64,000 nucleotides of DNA from assembly GCA_964493895.1 (NCBI GenBank), contig CAZBPY010000001.1, positions 91,233 to 155,232 of the forward strand, read 5' to 3'. Positions 9,437 through 18,339 of the stretch are shown piece by piece. Each line of letters starts with the position of its first letter. Within the stretch, counting starts at the first letter, position 1. Source of the stretch: an uncultured Candidatus Saccharibacteria bacterium (lineage in GTDB: Bacteria > Patescibacteriota > Saccharimonadia > Saccharimonadales > JAGQNJ01). Under the pieces are notes generated by a model. The model searched no databases and had not been told where the DNA came from. It was given only the letters and a program-made list of their open reading frames with translations. Both the position numbers and the translations under genes were made by a program.

Positions 9437-10060
9437 ATGGATAAGTTCTTGAACTCTGTGAGCAGCGCCGGTCGTAAGGTGTCGTTCCAAGTGGCTAAGG
9501 GGTTAAACCGGGCAAGCGGCGGCCGATTGCGTCCAAACATAATCACCTTCACTGGCCTTTTGGCCCACTTGCCGATTGCATGGTGCATAGCCACTGGTCG
9601 GTTCGGTCTGGCAGCCGGATTGTTAGTCTTTTTCGGCCTGTTTGATGCTCTTGACGGCGGCTTGGCCAAAGTCCAAAACCGAGCCTCGTCCGCCGGCATG
9701 TTGCTTGACGCCTCGACCGATCGCATGAAAGAGGTCATTCTCTACACCGGGGCGGCTTACTATTTCGTAGCTAGCGGCATGCCGTTTTATGCTGCCTGGG
9801 CGGTGGCCGCCTGCGGAGGCTCATTACTAGTCAGTTACGTTAAGGCCAAGGGTGAAACCGCTATCCGCGACCAAAAATTGTCGGCCAATGAAGTTAACCG
9901 ACTATTTGGCGATGGTCTGATGCGGTTTGAAGTCAGAATGTTTACTCTAATTGTTGGCTTGCTAGCCGGTTACCTGTGGATAGCGGTGGTGATAATCGCT
10001 GTTTTGTCCTGGCTAACTGCTGTCCAGCGTCTGTTGCGCTTAAGTAAAAAACTATCATGA
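9437..10060 (+). CDS. CDP-alcohol phosphatidyltransferase
   Basis: Family motif DALDGGLAKVQNRASSAGMLLDASTDR (D-G-x2-A-R/K ... G-x3-D-x3-D). Multiple TM helices. Confidence 0.85.
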   Translation: MDKFLNSVSSAGRKVSFQVAKGLNRASGGRLRPNIITFTGLLAHLPIAWCIATGRFGLAAGLLVFFGLFDALDGGLAKVQNRASSAGMLLDASTDRMKEVILYTGAAYYFVASGMPFYAAWAVAACGGSLLVSYVKAKGETAIRDQKLSANEVNRLFGDGLMRFEVRMFTLIVGLLAGYLWIAVVIIAVLSWLTAVQRLLRLSKKLS

Positions 10061-10707
10061 TCCGAGCCGACTTTCACACCCACTCAACTGCCTCGCCGGA
10101 TGGCGGAATTACAGCCGAACAATACCGGCAGTTACTAGCCGAGGACATTCTAGACTGCATTGCTATAACTGATCACAACACGATTGATTTGGCTCTGGAA
10201 CTGCACCGCGAACTGGGAAACCGGATTATAGTTGGTGAAGAGATTATGACCAATCAGGGTGAAGTCATCGGGCTGTTTTTAAAGCAGGCTGTGCCAGCTG
10301 GACTTGAGCTTAAAGATGCAATTAAGACTATTCGTAATCAGGGCGGTTTGGTCTACCTGCCCCATCCGTTTGAGACTGTTCGCAAGGGCGTTGACCAGGT
10401 AACCGCAGAAACATTGGCTGACCAAATCGATATCGTTGAAACCTACAATGGCCGAGCGGTGGCTCAAAACAAAGGTCCCCAGGCCACGGTCTGGGCTCGA
10501 CTGCATCATAAACCAGGAGCAGCCAGCAGTGATGCTCACGGAATCAAAGGGGTTGGTTCGGCATTCACAGCTATTGAAAAGATGCCGACCGCTAAAAATC
10601 TAGTCAAGCAACTTCAGACAGCAAAACTAACCATGGAACGTCCGCCGCTGCAAAGCCTGCTTTATCCAAAGTGGCATCGCTTGCGCAGTAAGTTCAAATC
10701 GCGTTAA
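10057..10707 (+). CDS. PHP-domain metal-dependent phosphoesterase
   Basis: N-terminal ADFHTHSTASPDG and later HPFE / SDAHG histidine motifs typical of PHP. ATGA overlap with the upstream gene. Confidence 0.8.
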   Translation: MIRADFHTHSTASPDGGITAEQYRQLLAEDILDCIAITDHNTIDLALELHRELGNRIIVGEEIMTNQGEVIGLFLKQAVPAGLELKDAIKTIRNQGGLVYLPHPFETVRKGVDQVTAETLADQIDIVETYNGRAVAQNKGPQATVWARLHHKPGAASSDAHGIKGVGSAFTAIEKMPTAKNLVKQLQTAKLTMERPPLQSLLYPKWHRLRSKFKSR

Positions 10708-10719
10708 AGTATAAGCAAT

Positions 10720-11274
10720 ATGGATCTAATACTGTTCGCTTTGTGGTTCTTTCTGCCAGCCGGTTTAGCCAACGCCTCCCCCGTTATAGCCAATAAAATT
10801 CCGGTTTTACGCAAGTGGAATCTGCCACTAGATTTTGGAGCCAAATTCCGCGGCAAGCGAGTTTTTGGCGACAGCAAAACCTGGCGCGGGCTGCTGGTCG
10901 GCATTATCGTAGCGACCATAACTCTAAGTCTGCAGGTATGGGCCTTCAATAACTTCGGCTGGGCCCAAGACATTGCTATCAACATCAACTACTTCATCCT
11001 GCCGGTTTATGTTTTGGGGCCGCTCTTCGCCATCGGAGCCCTCGGCGGTGACGCCATCGAAAGTTTTGTCAAACGACAGCGCGGCATCAAACCCGGCCAA
11101 TCCTGGTTCCCTTTCGACCAACTTGATTACATCATCGGTGGCCTGATCGCTAGCTTTATCGTCATCGAACTAACAATGCAAGAATACCTGGCCATCATCG
11201 TTGTGTGGTTTGCCGTACACCTCATCGCTGTCTATATCGGCTATGTCCTCGGCATCCGCCAAGCCAAGATCTAA
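10720..11274 (+). CDS. CarS-like (CDP-archaeol synthase family, DUF46) CTP:lipid cytidylyltransferase
   Basis: FFLPAGLANASPVIANK...LPLDFGAKFRGKRVFGDSKTWRGLLVGI and GALGGDAIESFVKRQRGIKPGQSWFPFDQLDYII align closely, from memory, with archaeal CarS (e.g. the A. fulgidus protein). Confidence 0.75.
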   Translation: MDLILFALWFFLPAGLANASPVIANKIPVLRKWNLPLDFGAKFRGKRVFGDSKTWRGLLVGIIVATITLSLQVWAFNNFGWAQDIAININYFILPVYVLGPLFAIGALGGDAIESFVKRQRGIKPGQSWFPFDQLDYIIGGLIASFIVIELTMQEYLAIIVVWFAVHLIAVYIGYVLGIRQAKI

Positions 11275-11678
11275 CCCTGTCGTAATACCCGGCATTTGAA
11301 CTTTGGATATTGGACGGGCGCAAAATCCTTATCAAATGTGACTAAAGTTAGATTGTGTTGCACAGCCTGGGCAGCCAACCACAAATCATGATGAGCTAAT
11401 TGGACACCCTTTCGGCGAGTTTTGGTGCCAATATCTGCAAAAACAGACGTCGTTAGCCTGTCCGGGATGAGAAGCTTAATCTTGCGAGCCTGCAAAAATC
11501 TCGTCAACAACGATCTATTCTGACCAGCTCGTGAGCCATTTTGAAATCCATACTCCAATTCGGCTACTGTGACAAGAGAAACATAAACCCTATCGGCCGA
11601 TTGCAACAAGTGGGCAACCTGCTTGTTTCCTCTAACCATTTGGCTGTAGGCAGATGTATCAAACAGATAATTCTTCAT
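11271..11678 (-). CDS. vapC: PIN-domain toxin (VapC-like)
   Basis: YLFDTSAY (first acidic residue), VTVAELEYG, and FDKDF near the C-terminus. 4-nt overlap with the upstream antitoxin gene. Confidence 0.8.
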   Translation of the reverse strand: MKNYLFDTSAYSQMVRGNKQVAHLLQSADRVYVSLVTVAELEYGFQNGSRAGQNRSLLTRFLQARKIKLLIPDRLTTSVFADIGTKTRRKGVQLAHHDLWLAAQAVQHNLTLVTFDKDFAPVQYPKFKCRVLRQG

Positions 11679-11929
11679 GGGATTTGTTGTTTGAGCTTGT
11701 CAGTTTTTTTCAAATTAGCTATAGCTTTCAGCGATCGGTTGTCAATTGTATCAGCACCGATAATCCAAGCGAAATCATCGGACTCTGCCTCCAGGTCTAC
11801 CTTGATACTTTGCCCCAAATAGTCCAGGACAACAGCGTTGAGACTGCGGCCGCTAAGCCGGGCCTGTTGTCGCAAAAATTCGTCCAACTGTTTTGGGACG
11901 GATCGAATAGTGTATTGAATATCGCTCAT
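11675..11929 (-). CDS. VapB-like antitoxin (ribbon-helix-helix type)
   Basis: Start moved to the internal ATG at 11929 (MSDIQYTIRSVPKQLDEFLRQQARLSGRSLNAVVLDYL). A TTGACA-17-TACACT promoter (11964..11936, minus strand) lies inside the longer tracked ORF, 6 nt upstream of this ATG. Confidence 0.65.
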   Translation of the reverse strand: MSDIQYTIRSVPKQLDEFLRQQARLSGRSLNAVVLDYLGQSIKVDLEAESDDFAWIIGADTIDNRSLKAIANLKKTDKLKQQIP

Positions 11930-12035
11930 ATCTGTAGTGTAGGCACTCTGCCTGCACATGTCAATTTTGTAAGAGGATGCCCTATAACCTGTCATGACCT
12001 CTAGTCTACATGGCCAAAGTTAAAAGATTCCTAAA

Positions 12036-13067
12036 TTAGGCCAATTCTTTTTTGAGCTTTTCGATCAGCTCAACCGGCGTTGGATCGACATTATTAAGCA
12101 GTGCAGTGTAAATAGAAACAAAATCTCCGAGTACTGTTGTCCAAAGCATTTGGCGCAACCGCGTGTCACCGGCGGCTACAACTTCTAGTGGGTGCGGCCA
12201 CTTGCCGCTTAAAAGTTTGCTTGAAACATCGAATCGCTTAGAAATCTGATCACCATCAAACGAACTTCGCAGATAAATCACTCTGTAAGGTTTATCTACG
12301 GGGTGCGACGACCAGCCCATGAACTCGTTGTGGTTGAACTCTGGAAATTGGTTGCACCAGGCAACATTCTTGGCATTCTCATTAAAGCTAATTTTCCATT
12401 TGTAAGCCACAGGATACAACAGTGGTCCGCCATAAATTACTGGCGACAAACCGATGCAATCCTGGGCAATTTGCTTAGCCTCGTTCTTGATAGTAGGTAC
12501 ATCCGGCAGCCAATGGCCTATTTTAGTAGCCAGCCAGTCAGCTGCTTCGTGAAGTTCATCGACAGATTCAGGCTCCAGCAAATCATTGGTTACAAACAGC
12601 TGGGTCAAAGCCGCAAAATTGGCAAACGTCGCCATCCGCGGCTGTAATCCTTTCGGTAATTCATAAAGCGGGTATTTTTTGTCTTTGGCGATCTTAGCCA
12701 ACTTTCCACCGGAGGCAACAACTACGATTCTGGCCTTGCGGGCTTCGGCTTGTTTTAAAGCCGCCAAAACTTCTTCAGTGTTGCCAGAATAACTCGAGGT
12801 AACAAACAATGTATCGGCGTCGACATACTCCGGCGGGTCGTATTCTTGCAAAACCTGGAAGGGTTTTTTGAGCCGATAAAGATGGTCAACCAAACGAGCT
12901 GCTAGGCCTGAACCGCCCATGCCAGCCAAAACTATATCTGTCGTCGAGGCAGCGTCGGCTGCTGGAACTTTAGAGAAATCCAGCTTCAACTGCCGATGTT
13001 GCTTAGCCGCTACACCCAAAGCATCGCTTTTATCGCGGTGGTGGATAATTTTCAGGTCGTCTAACAT
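12036..13067 (-). CDS. Bifunctional phosphoglucose/phosphomannose isomerase (SIS domain)
   Basis: GMGGSGLAARLV and SSYSGNTEEVL SIS motifs. Start moved to ATG 13067, preceded by AGAAAGAGGGAAAT. The longer tracked start would overlap the divergent nudix gene. Confidence 0.8.
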   Translation of the reverse strand: MLDDLKIIHHRDKSDALGVAAKQHRQLKLDFSKVPAADAASTTDIVLAGMGGSGLAARLVDHLYRLKKPFQVLQEYDPPEYVDADTLFVTSSYSGNTEEVLAALKQAEARKARIVVVASGGKLAKIAKDKKYPLYELPKGLQPRMATFANFAALTQLFVTNDLLEPESVDELHEAADWLATKIGHWLPDVPTIKNEAKQIAQDCIGLSPVIYGGPLLYPVAYKWKISFNENAKNVAWCNQFPEFNHNEFMGWSSHPVDKPYRVIYLRSSFDGDQISKRFDVSSKLLSGKWPHPLEVVAAGDTRLRQMLWTTVLGDFVSIYTALLNNVDPTPVELIEKLKKELA

Positions 13068-13119
13068 ATTTCCCTCTTTCTGGATCCAGTATACAGTCTT
13101 GGCTTGATACAATACAGTC

Positions 13120-13653
13120 ATGCCCAAAACATTCCTGGATAGAAGATTCTGTGGGTGGTGCGGCGGAAAGCTAAACAAGAAAAGCAGCAATCAACTTGTT
13201 TGTTCTGATTGTCATGTTAGTGAATACAATAATCCCCGGACAGCAGCTGCTGCTTTGATTTTTAATGAATCTGGTGAGCTGCTTGTAACTACTCGCCGGC
13301 TTTCGCCGGGTGCCGGAAAACTAGACACACCAGGGGGGTTTGTTGATAATGATGAGCATCCGGTAGGGGCAATTATTCGTGAGGTTAAAGAGGAAGCCGG
13401 ACTAGATCTAGTAGCCGATGACCTAACATTAGCCGGTGTAGCTTCTCATAGCTACAGATTCCAAGATCGACTGATATCGACATGCCCTGTGTTTTACGCA
13501 GTACATCTATCCTACACTCCTTCGGTTCAGCCTGGTAAGGAGATCTCGAAGCTTCAATGGATAGCTCCCAAGCATCTGGATTTTAATGAGTTTTTCTGGC
13601 CTGAAAAAACAGAAGTTATAAAGGCTTATTTACAAGCCAAAAATATGCTATAG
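13120..13653 (+). CDS. NUDIX hydrolase with N-terminal zinc ribbon (NudC-like)
   Basis: CGWCGGKL...CSDCH zinc ribbon. Nudix box GGFVDNDEHPVGAIIREVKEEAGLD. Confidence 0.85.
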   Translation: MPKTFLDRRFCGWCGGKLNKKSSNQLVCSDCHVSEYNNPRTAAAALIFNESGELLVTTRRLSPGAGKLDTPGGFVDNDEHPVGAIIREVKEEAGLDLVADDLTLAGVASHSYRFQDRLISTCPVFYAVHLSYTPSVQPGKEISKLQWIAPKHLDFNEFFWPEKTEVIKAYLQAKNML

Positions 13654-13677
13654 TCGGATTAACCATAGGGGGAATAA

Positions 13678-14295
13678 ATGTTCGGGCACGACGATAATAA
13701 AAATCAAGCTGATCAAGAAGAACATGTAACAGGTTCCAGCGGTGATGTTGTTCAGCCGATCAGCACCACTCCGCCAAATGAAGGTTTAATTGGAGTTGGA
13801 GCAGCCAAGCCGTCTGCATCCCCAACCACAACTGGAGATGATGACAGCGACGATGACATCGATAAGATTGTCGATGATATCAACCAAGCAGATGACACAT
13901 CGTCAGTACCAGCACCGCCGCCTACGCCGTCTGTTGATGACAATGAACCTGAACCAGAGGCTGAACCAGTCGCCGAACCAGAACCTGAACCGGCACCAGA
14001 ACTATCCACCAACCGTGAAGGCGACCAGGCCGTGGAGTCCGCGGGCGAAACTCCGGCTGAACTCATGGAGGTCAAGAAGAGTGCTTTGCAGGAGCTTTCA
14101 CCACTGTTAGATGAACTTGACCAGCCGGCCGATGAAAAGCTGGCCATTCTGATGATGACCATTCAAGCTACTGATGACCAGTCTCTGCTGGCCAAGGCCC
14201 TGGAAGAGGCTAAGAAGATCGACGACAAGAAGGCTCGGGCTGAGGCTATGCTGGATATAATTCAAGAAATTAATTACTTCACCAAGAAAAGTTAA
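13678..14295 (+). CDS. Hypothetical acidic low-complexity protein
   Basis: Long D/E/P-rich tract (EPEPEAEPVAEPEPEPAPE), then a helical C-terminal domain. The overlapping ORFs in other frames are shadows of the low-complexity region. Confidence 0.5.
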   Translation: MFGHDDNKNQADQEEHVTGSSGDVVQPISTTPPNEGLIGVGAAKPSASPTTTGDDDSDDDIDKIVDDINQADDTSSVPAPPPTPSVDDNEPEPEAEPVAEPEPEPAPELSTNREGDQAVESAGETPAELMEVKKSALQELSPLLDELDQPADEKLAILMMTIQATDDQSLLAKALEEAKKIDDKKARAEAMLDIIQEINYFTKKS

Positions 14296-14305
14296 TTAAA
14301 ACAGC

Positions 14306-15604
14306 TTAAATATCGGCTGGAACGGTAACTGTTTCGACTTCGGTTGATACGGTTCGGACAACTTCGCGCAGCTCTGGTGGGCAGAATGGATCATTGGTAT
14401 CAAGCACGCCTTTTTCAGGGCTATCACCGGAACCACTGTCCCAGTCGATGCGTGAAGCACCATAGCCAATACCTAGAGCTAAGGCAATAGCTAAGCCCCC
14501 GGCTGAGATCTTTCTCCAAGGTAGACCTGCAAAACGTCGCTGTTCTTTTTTACCTCCAGAACCAGTCTGGGCGGCTGCCAAGTCTCGCTTGACCCGGTCT
14601 AATTCACGTTGTCTAAAAGTTGCCGGTTGTGACTGGGTTGGATGAGCTTGTTCTTGTCCATCAGCCGGACTGGCGCCCTTACCTTTGCGTCGGCGACGAA
14701 CAATAGGAATCGGCACAACTATTGGCATCGGTATAGTTACATCATCCCACTTTACTTCTTCGTGTTCATAATTCGTAGTAACGGTCTTAACGGGTACTAC
14801 ACAAATTAATTCTTCTGTTTGCGTACCAGCTTCACTACCGGGCACTTCTCGCTGAGCAATAATCTCAACTGATACAGATCGATCCGCACCTAGCCAAGAT
14901 TGCAATGTTCTATCAACAATCGGCGGCATGCTTTCAGGGTCATTATTCCAGCCATCGATCATTTCTTTGACGTTTTGATAGCCAAAGTGTTCGGTATAGC
15001 CAACCAGGGTCAAATACTGATCGGCAGTTAAATTACCTTCTCGTCCTCTCAGCGGAACAATCTCTACCCCCTCGGGGATAGCCTGAGTTTCTTCCAGATG
15101 GTTGATAAAAGAGTCACGCCGTTCGTCGGCCAGGTCAATATTCTTTTGACTAGGGGTAGTTGTCCCACCATGCGGAGCGATGCTTTCGTCCTCAGCCGAA
15201 GCCTTGCCAAAAACTTCCAGACGAACGGTCCAGCCCTCATCTAGTAGACCGGAAACAATATTGCCGATTTCTTCGGCTGCTGGAGTATCAACAACCTCTG
15301 CATTTGGGTCATCAGCAAAGTTTCGAGCGTATTCACCGGCGGGGTACCTAAGCTCAACCGATGTATTAACTTCTGGAAGTCCTGGGGTATGAAGCTCTAG
15401 ACTACCAACATAAGGCTTTCCGGCTGGCTTTTCTTCAGTTGTAGTGCGATCATGTACAGTCTCAATATCAAAGTCGTATGGTACATCCACCTCTGGATCG
15501 GCGTGCTCATGAGCCAGATAGGTAGCGCCAGCTGAAACTAGAATAGTGGCTGCCAGGCTGGCTCGCTTAAGTAGTTCGAAGCTGTGTGATGGATGTGGAC
15601 GCAT
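14306..15604 (-). CDS. Hypothetical membrane-associated protein
   Basis: N-terminal hydrophobic helix LAATILVSAGATYLA and a second one near the C-terminus (ISAGGLAIALALGIGYGA). No confident domain. Confidence 0.5.
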   Translation of the reverse strand: MRPHPSHSFELLKRASLAATILVSAGATYLAHEHADPEVDVPYDFDIETVHDRTTTEEKPAGKPYVGSLELHTPGLPEVNTSVELRYPAGEYARNFADDPNAEVVDTPAAEEIGNIVSGLLDEGWTVRLEVFGKASAEDESIAPHGGTTTPSQKNIDLADERRDSFINHLEETQAIPEGVEIVPLRGREGNLTADQYLTLVGYTEHFGYQNVKEMIDGWNNDPESMPPIVDRTLQSWLGADRSVSVEIIAQREVPGSEAGTQTEELICVVPVKTVTTNYEHEEVKWDDVTIPMPIVVPIPIVRRRRKGKGASPADGQEQAHPTQSQPATFRQRELDRVKRDLAAAQTGSGGKKEQRRFAGLPWRKISAGGLAIALALGIGYGASRIDWDSGSGDSPEKGVLDTNDPFCPPELREVVRTVSTEVETVTVPADI

Positions 15605-15692
15605 TGCTGTACTTTACCTAGCGTATAAACTTAGGGTTAATAGTTATTATTCTAGCACTATATCGATAATTTGTCAATTGTTTGGTGTTGAT

Positions 15693-16142
15693 TTATTGTA
15701 AGCCGCCGGCGCCCGGGCCAGTGTCCGGGATTTCGCTGGTTGAATCGCCGGTGCTTGGTGTGGCCGAGGTATCGGCCGAATCTGTTGGCGATGAAGATGT
15801 GGCAGCCGGCGTTTCCGAATCCGAACCCTCTGGTGATGACAGAGACGCCTCATTCGCATCTGAATCGTCTTCTGGGACGGGGGCTTGATCAGTCTCGGCC
15901 TGGTCGGTTGGAGCCTGTTCAGTTGGAGCTGGAGCCGGCTCGTCATTACCAAAAATTTTCTGGTAAACCCAGCGGCCGCCAAAGAACAGTACCAATGCCA
16001 GCACTACGGTGACAACTAAAGTAGCCAGGGCTAACAACCAAGCCATTCCGGTTCGCTGTTTGCGGCCAGACTCGTAGTATTCTTTGACCTCTTCGGGAAG
16101 ATCGTCTGATTTCTGCTTGCGGTTGAACGGCCAAATTGCCAT
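15693..16142 (-). CDS. Hypothetical single-pass membrane protein with Pro/Thr/Asp/Ser-rich tail
   Basis: AAGGAG Shine-Dalgarno 6 nt upstream of the ATG. TM helix WLLALATLVVTVVLALVLFFGG. Confidence 0.55.
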   Translation of the reverse strand: MAIWPFNRKQKSDDLPEEVKEYYESGRKQRTGMAWLLALATLVVTVVLALVLFFGGRWVYQKIFGNDEPAPAPTEQAPTDQAETDQAPVPEDDSDANEASLSSPEGSDSETPAATSSSPTDSADTSATPSTGDSTSEIPDTGPGAGGLQ

Positions 16143-16326
16143 GCTAACTCCTTAGCTCTTATATAAACTTTATGATACTACAAGCTGGCCAGCAGTAATA
16201 TTGCTTACGCTTACTTTGGTGTGTTTAGCGGCAAACTACTGTCTAGAAGACTGGTTAGAAGCGGTGTCTTTTGCAATATATCTTTTAAGGCATATCGCAA
16301 AAAAGGAGGCGTTTGGAGGGCCTACA

Positions 16327-17973
16327 TTACATCATGCCCATGCCGCCGGGCATTCCGCCGCCGACACCGGCAGCCGGAGTCTCCTCTTTTGGAACTTCAG
16401 CCACCAAGGCTCCCATGGTCATAGCTGTACCGGCAATCGACACGGCATTTTGGATGGCTTCGCGGGTAACCCGTTTTGGATCGACAATACCAGCCGCTTT
16501 TAGATCAACCAACTTAGATGGGTTGCTGACATCAACACCCTGGCCCTTTTTGCCTTTGACTTGAGGCAGCCATTCATCAGCGTTCAGTCCGGCATTGGTC
16601 AACAGGATTCTAAAAGGCTGTTCAAGGGCATTTTGTAACAGTTGGGCACCAGCTGCCGCTGAGTCGTTGCCGCTGACTTTGACTGATGAAGCCAAGTTAA
16701 TCAGCGTCACACCACCGCCGGGCACAATACCCTCTTCCAGGGCCGCCTTGGTAGCGGCTACGGCGTCATCGACGCGGAACTTCTTCTCTTCGATTTCAGT
16801 TTCGGTGGCGCCGCCGACTTTAATGACAGCAACTTTGCCCTGCAGGGCAGCACGGCGTTCATCGAGACCTTCGCGCTCATAATCACTGTTTGCTGCTTCG
16901 GCTTGAGCCGCAATCTGAGCAATTCGAGCATTCAATTCGCTAGATTTACCGGCGCCTTCAATAATGGTGGTGTCGTCTTTAGTGACAATAACCTTTCGAG
17001 CCGAACCAACATATGACATGTCGAAGTTCTCAAATGTGTCACCACGCTCTTCGGAGATGACCTGGCCGCCAGTTAGGGTAGCGATATCTTCCAGGATTTC
17101 TTTGCGCTTGTCACCAAAGCTTGGTGCCTTGACGGCCACAGCATTCAGCACACCTTTTAGTTTGTTAAGGATCAGTACACCAAGCACTTCACCCTCGACA
17201 TCTTCGGCAATAATCAAGACGTCTTTCTTGCCGGCTTGAGCCAACTGCTCCAGAACCGGCAAAAACTCTTGGGCATTGGAGATTTTCTTGTCAGTGATGA
17301 TGATCGATGGTTTGTTGATTACAGCTTCCATCCGAGTTGTGTCAGTGGCCATGAAGGGGCTGACAAAACCTTTATCCATGGTGAAGCCTTCGACAACCTC
17401 CTGTTCAAGCTCCAGGCTCTGGCCTTCTTCGACGGTTACCACCCCGTCCTTGCCAACCTTTTCAATGACATCGGCGATCAGCCCGCCAATTTCACTGTCG
17501 CCAGCCGAAATGGTCGCCACTTCAGCCACCCGCTTTTTATTAGCTTTGATGTCTTCACTCAAACCGTCCAGTTGCTTAATAACATCGTGAGCGGCTGCTT
17601 CTAGACCTTTGCGAAGCTGCATTGGGTTATGGCCAGCCGCAATCAGCTTATTAGCTTCGCTTAGAATGTGATACGTCAAAACCGTAACAGTGGTTGTACC
17701 ATCACCCGCTACATCGTTCATCTTATTGGCAGCCTGCTTGATCAGCTCAGCGCCAACTTTGTAACCCAGTGTCTCGTCATCACGATCTTCAATCTCGACA
17801 GCTTTTGCTACTGTCACACCATCGTGGGTAACGGTTGGGTTGCCGTAAGATTTATCAATTACTACGTTGCGGCCCTTTGGACCCATGGTAGTTTTGACGG
17901 CTTCGTATAAAATTCGAGCACCTTCTAAAACTCGGCGCCGAGCATCTTCGTCATAAAAAACTTTGTTAGCCAC
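16327..17973 (-). CDS. groL: Chaperonin GroEL
   Basis: Full-length match to the GroEL pattern (AGDGTTTVTVL, GGGMPGGMGMM tail). Confidence 0.97.
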   Translation of the reverse strand: MANKVFYDEDARRRVLEGARILYEAVKTTMGPKGRNVVIDKSYGNPTVTHDGVTVAKAVEIEDRDDETLGYKVGAELIKQAANKMNDVAGDGTTTVTVLTYHILSEANKLIAAGHNPMQLRKGLEAAAHDVIKQLDGLSEDIKANKKRVAEVATISAGDSEIGGLIADVIEKVGKDGVVTVEEGQSLELEQEVVEGFTMDKGFVSPFMATDTTRMEAVINKPSIIITDKKISNAQEFLPVLEQLAQAGKKDVLIIAEDVEGEVLGVLILNKLKGVLNAVAVKAPSFGDKRKEILEDIATLTGGQVISEERGDTFENFDMSYVGSARKVIVTKDDTTIIEGAGKSSELNARIAQIAAQAEAANSDYEREGLDERRAALQGKVAVIKVGGATETEIEEKKFRVDDAVAATKAALEEGIVPGGGVTLINLASSVKVSGNDSAAAGAQLLQNALEQPFRILLTNAGLNADEWLPQVKGKKGQGVDVSNPSKLVDLKAAGIVDPKRVTREAIQNAVSIAGTAMTMGALVAEVPKEETPAAGVGGGMPGGMGMM

Positions 17974-17987
17974 TTTTGAAACTCCTC

Positions 17988-18257
17988 CTATTTAACTGTC
18001 GCAATTATGTTCATATGGAAAACGATGGTGTACTCTTCACCGCCAACTTTGACAGTGGTTGCTTCGTACTCGTTTTTATAAAGAACCGTATCGCCAACCT
18101 TAACTTCTTTAACGCCGGCTCCGACGGCTAAAACCTTGGCGGTTTTAGGCTTTTCTTTAGCGCTGTCCGGAAGATAAAGTCCGCCAGCGGTTTTGCTTTC
18201 AGATTTTTCAGCCTGCAGCACTACGTACTCGGGCATAGGATTTATAGGTGTTGCCAC
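17988..18257 (-). CDS. groS: Co-chaperonin GroES
   Basis: Start corrected to GTG 18257, which sits 8 nt after AGGAGG. The 89-aa product has the GroES pattern (AGGLYLPDSAKEKP..VLAVG.G..VKVGD.V). Confidence 0.9.
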   Translation of the reverse strand: MATPINPMPEYVVLQAEKSESKTAGGLYLPDSAKEKPKTAKVLAVGAGVKEVKVGDTVLYKNEYEATTVKVGGEEYTIVFHMNIIATVK

Positions 18258-18308
18258 AACTCTAACCTCCTGCTTAACTTGTTTGTATCCGAATTCTACC
18301 AAAGCAAA

Positions 18309-18335
18309 TTAGCACTTGCAAGGCCCGAGTGCTAA
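18309..18335 (-). promoter_or_regulatory. CIRCE (HrcA) operator overlapping the groESL promoter
   Basis: TTAGCACTT-N9-GAGTGCTAA, one mismatch from the CIRCE consensus TTAGCACTC-N9-GAGTGCTAA. On the groES strand, TTGCAA (18316..18321) - 17 nt - TAGAAT (18293..18298) overlaps the element. Confidence 0.85.
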
Positions 18336-18339
18336 TGGC

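Noticed and set aside
13752-14162. Overlapping ORFs in other frames or on the other strand of the acidic low-complexity gene; likewise 15674..16012 around gene 15693..16142
   Set aside because: The repetitive GAx/CCx codon composition keeps several frames open. Only the frames with a start context and TM or helical domains are plausible.
16201-17910. Numerous plus-strand ORFs antisense to groEL, and similar antisense ORFs inside dnaG, argS, valS, virB4, dnaA and others
   Set aside because: They lie inside strongly conserved genes on the opposite strand. They have no start-site signals, and their compositions are typical of antisense shadows.
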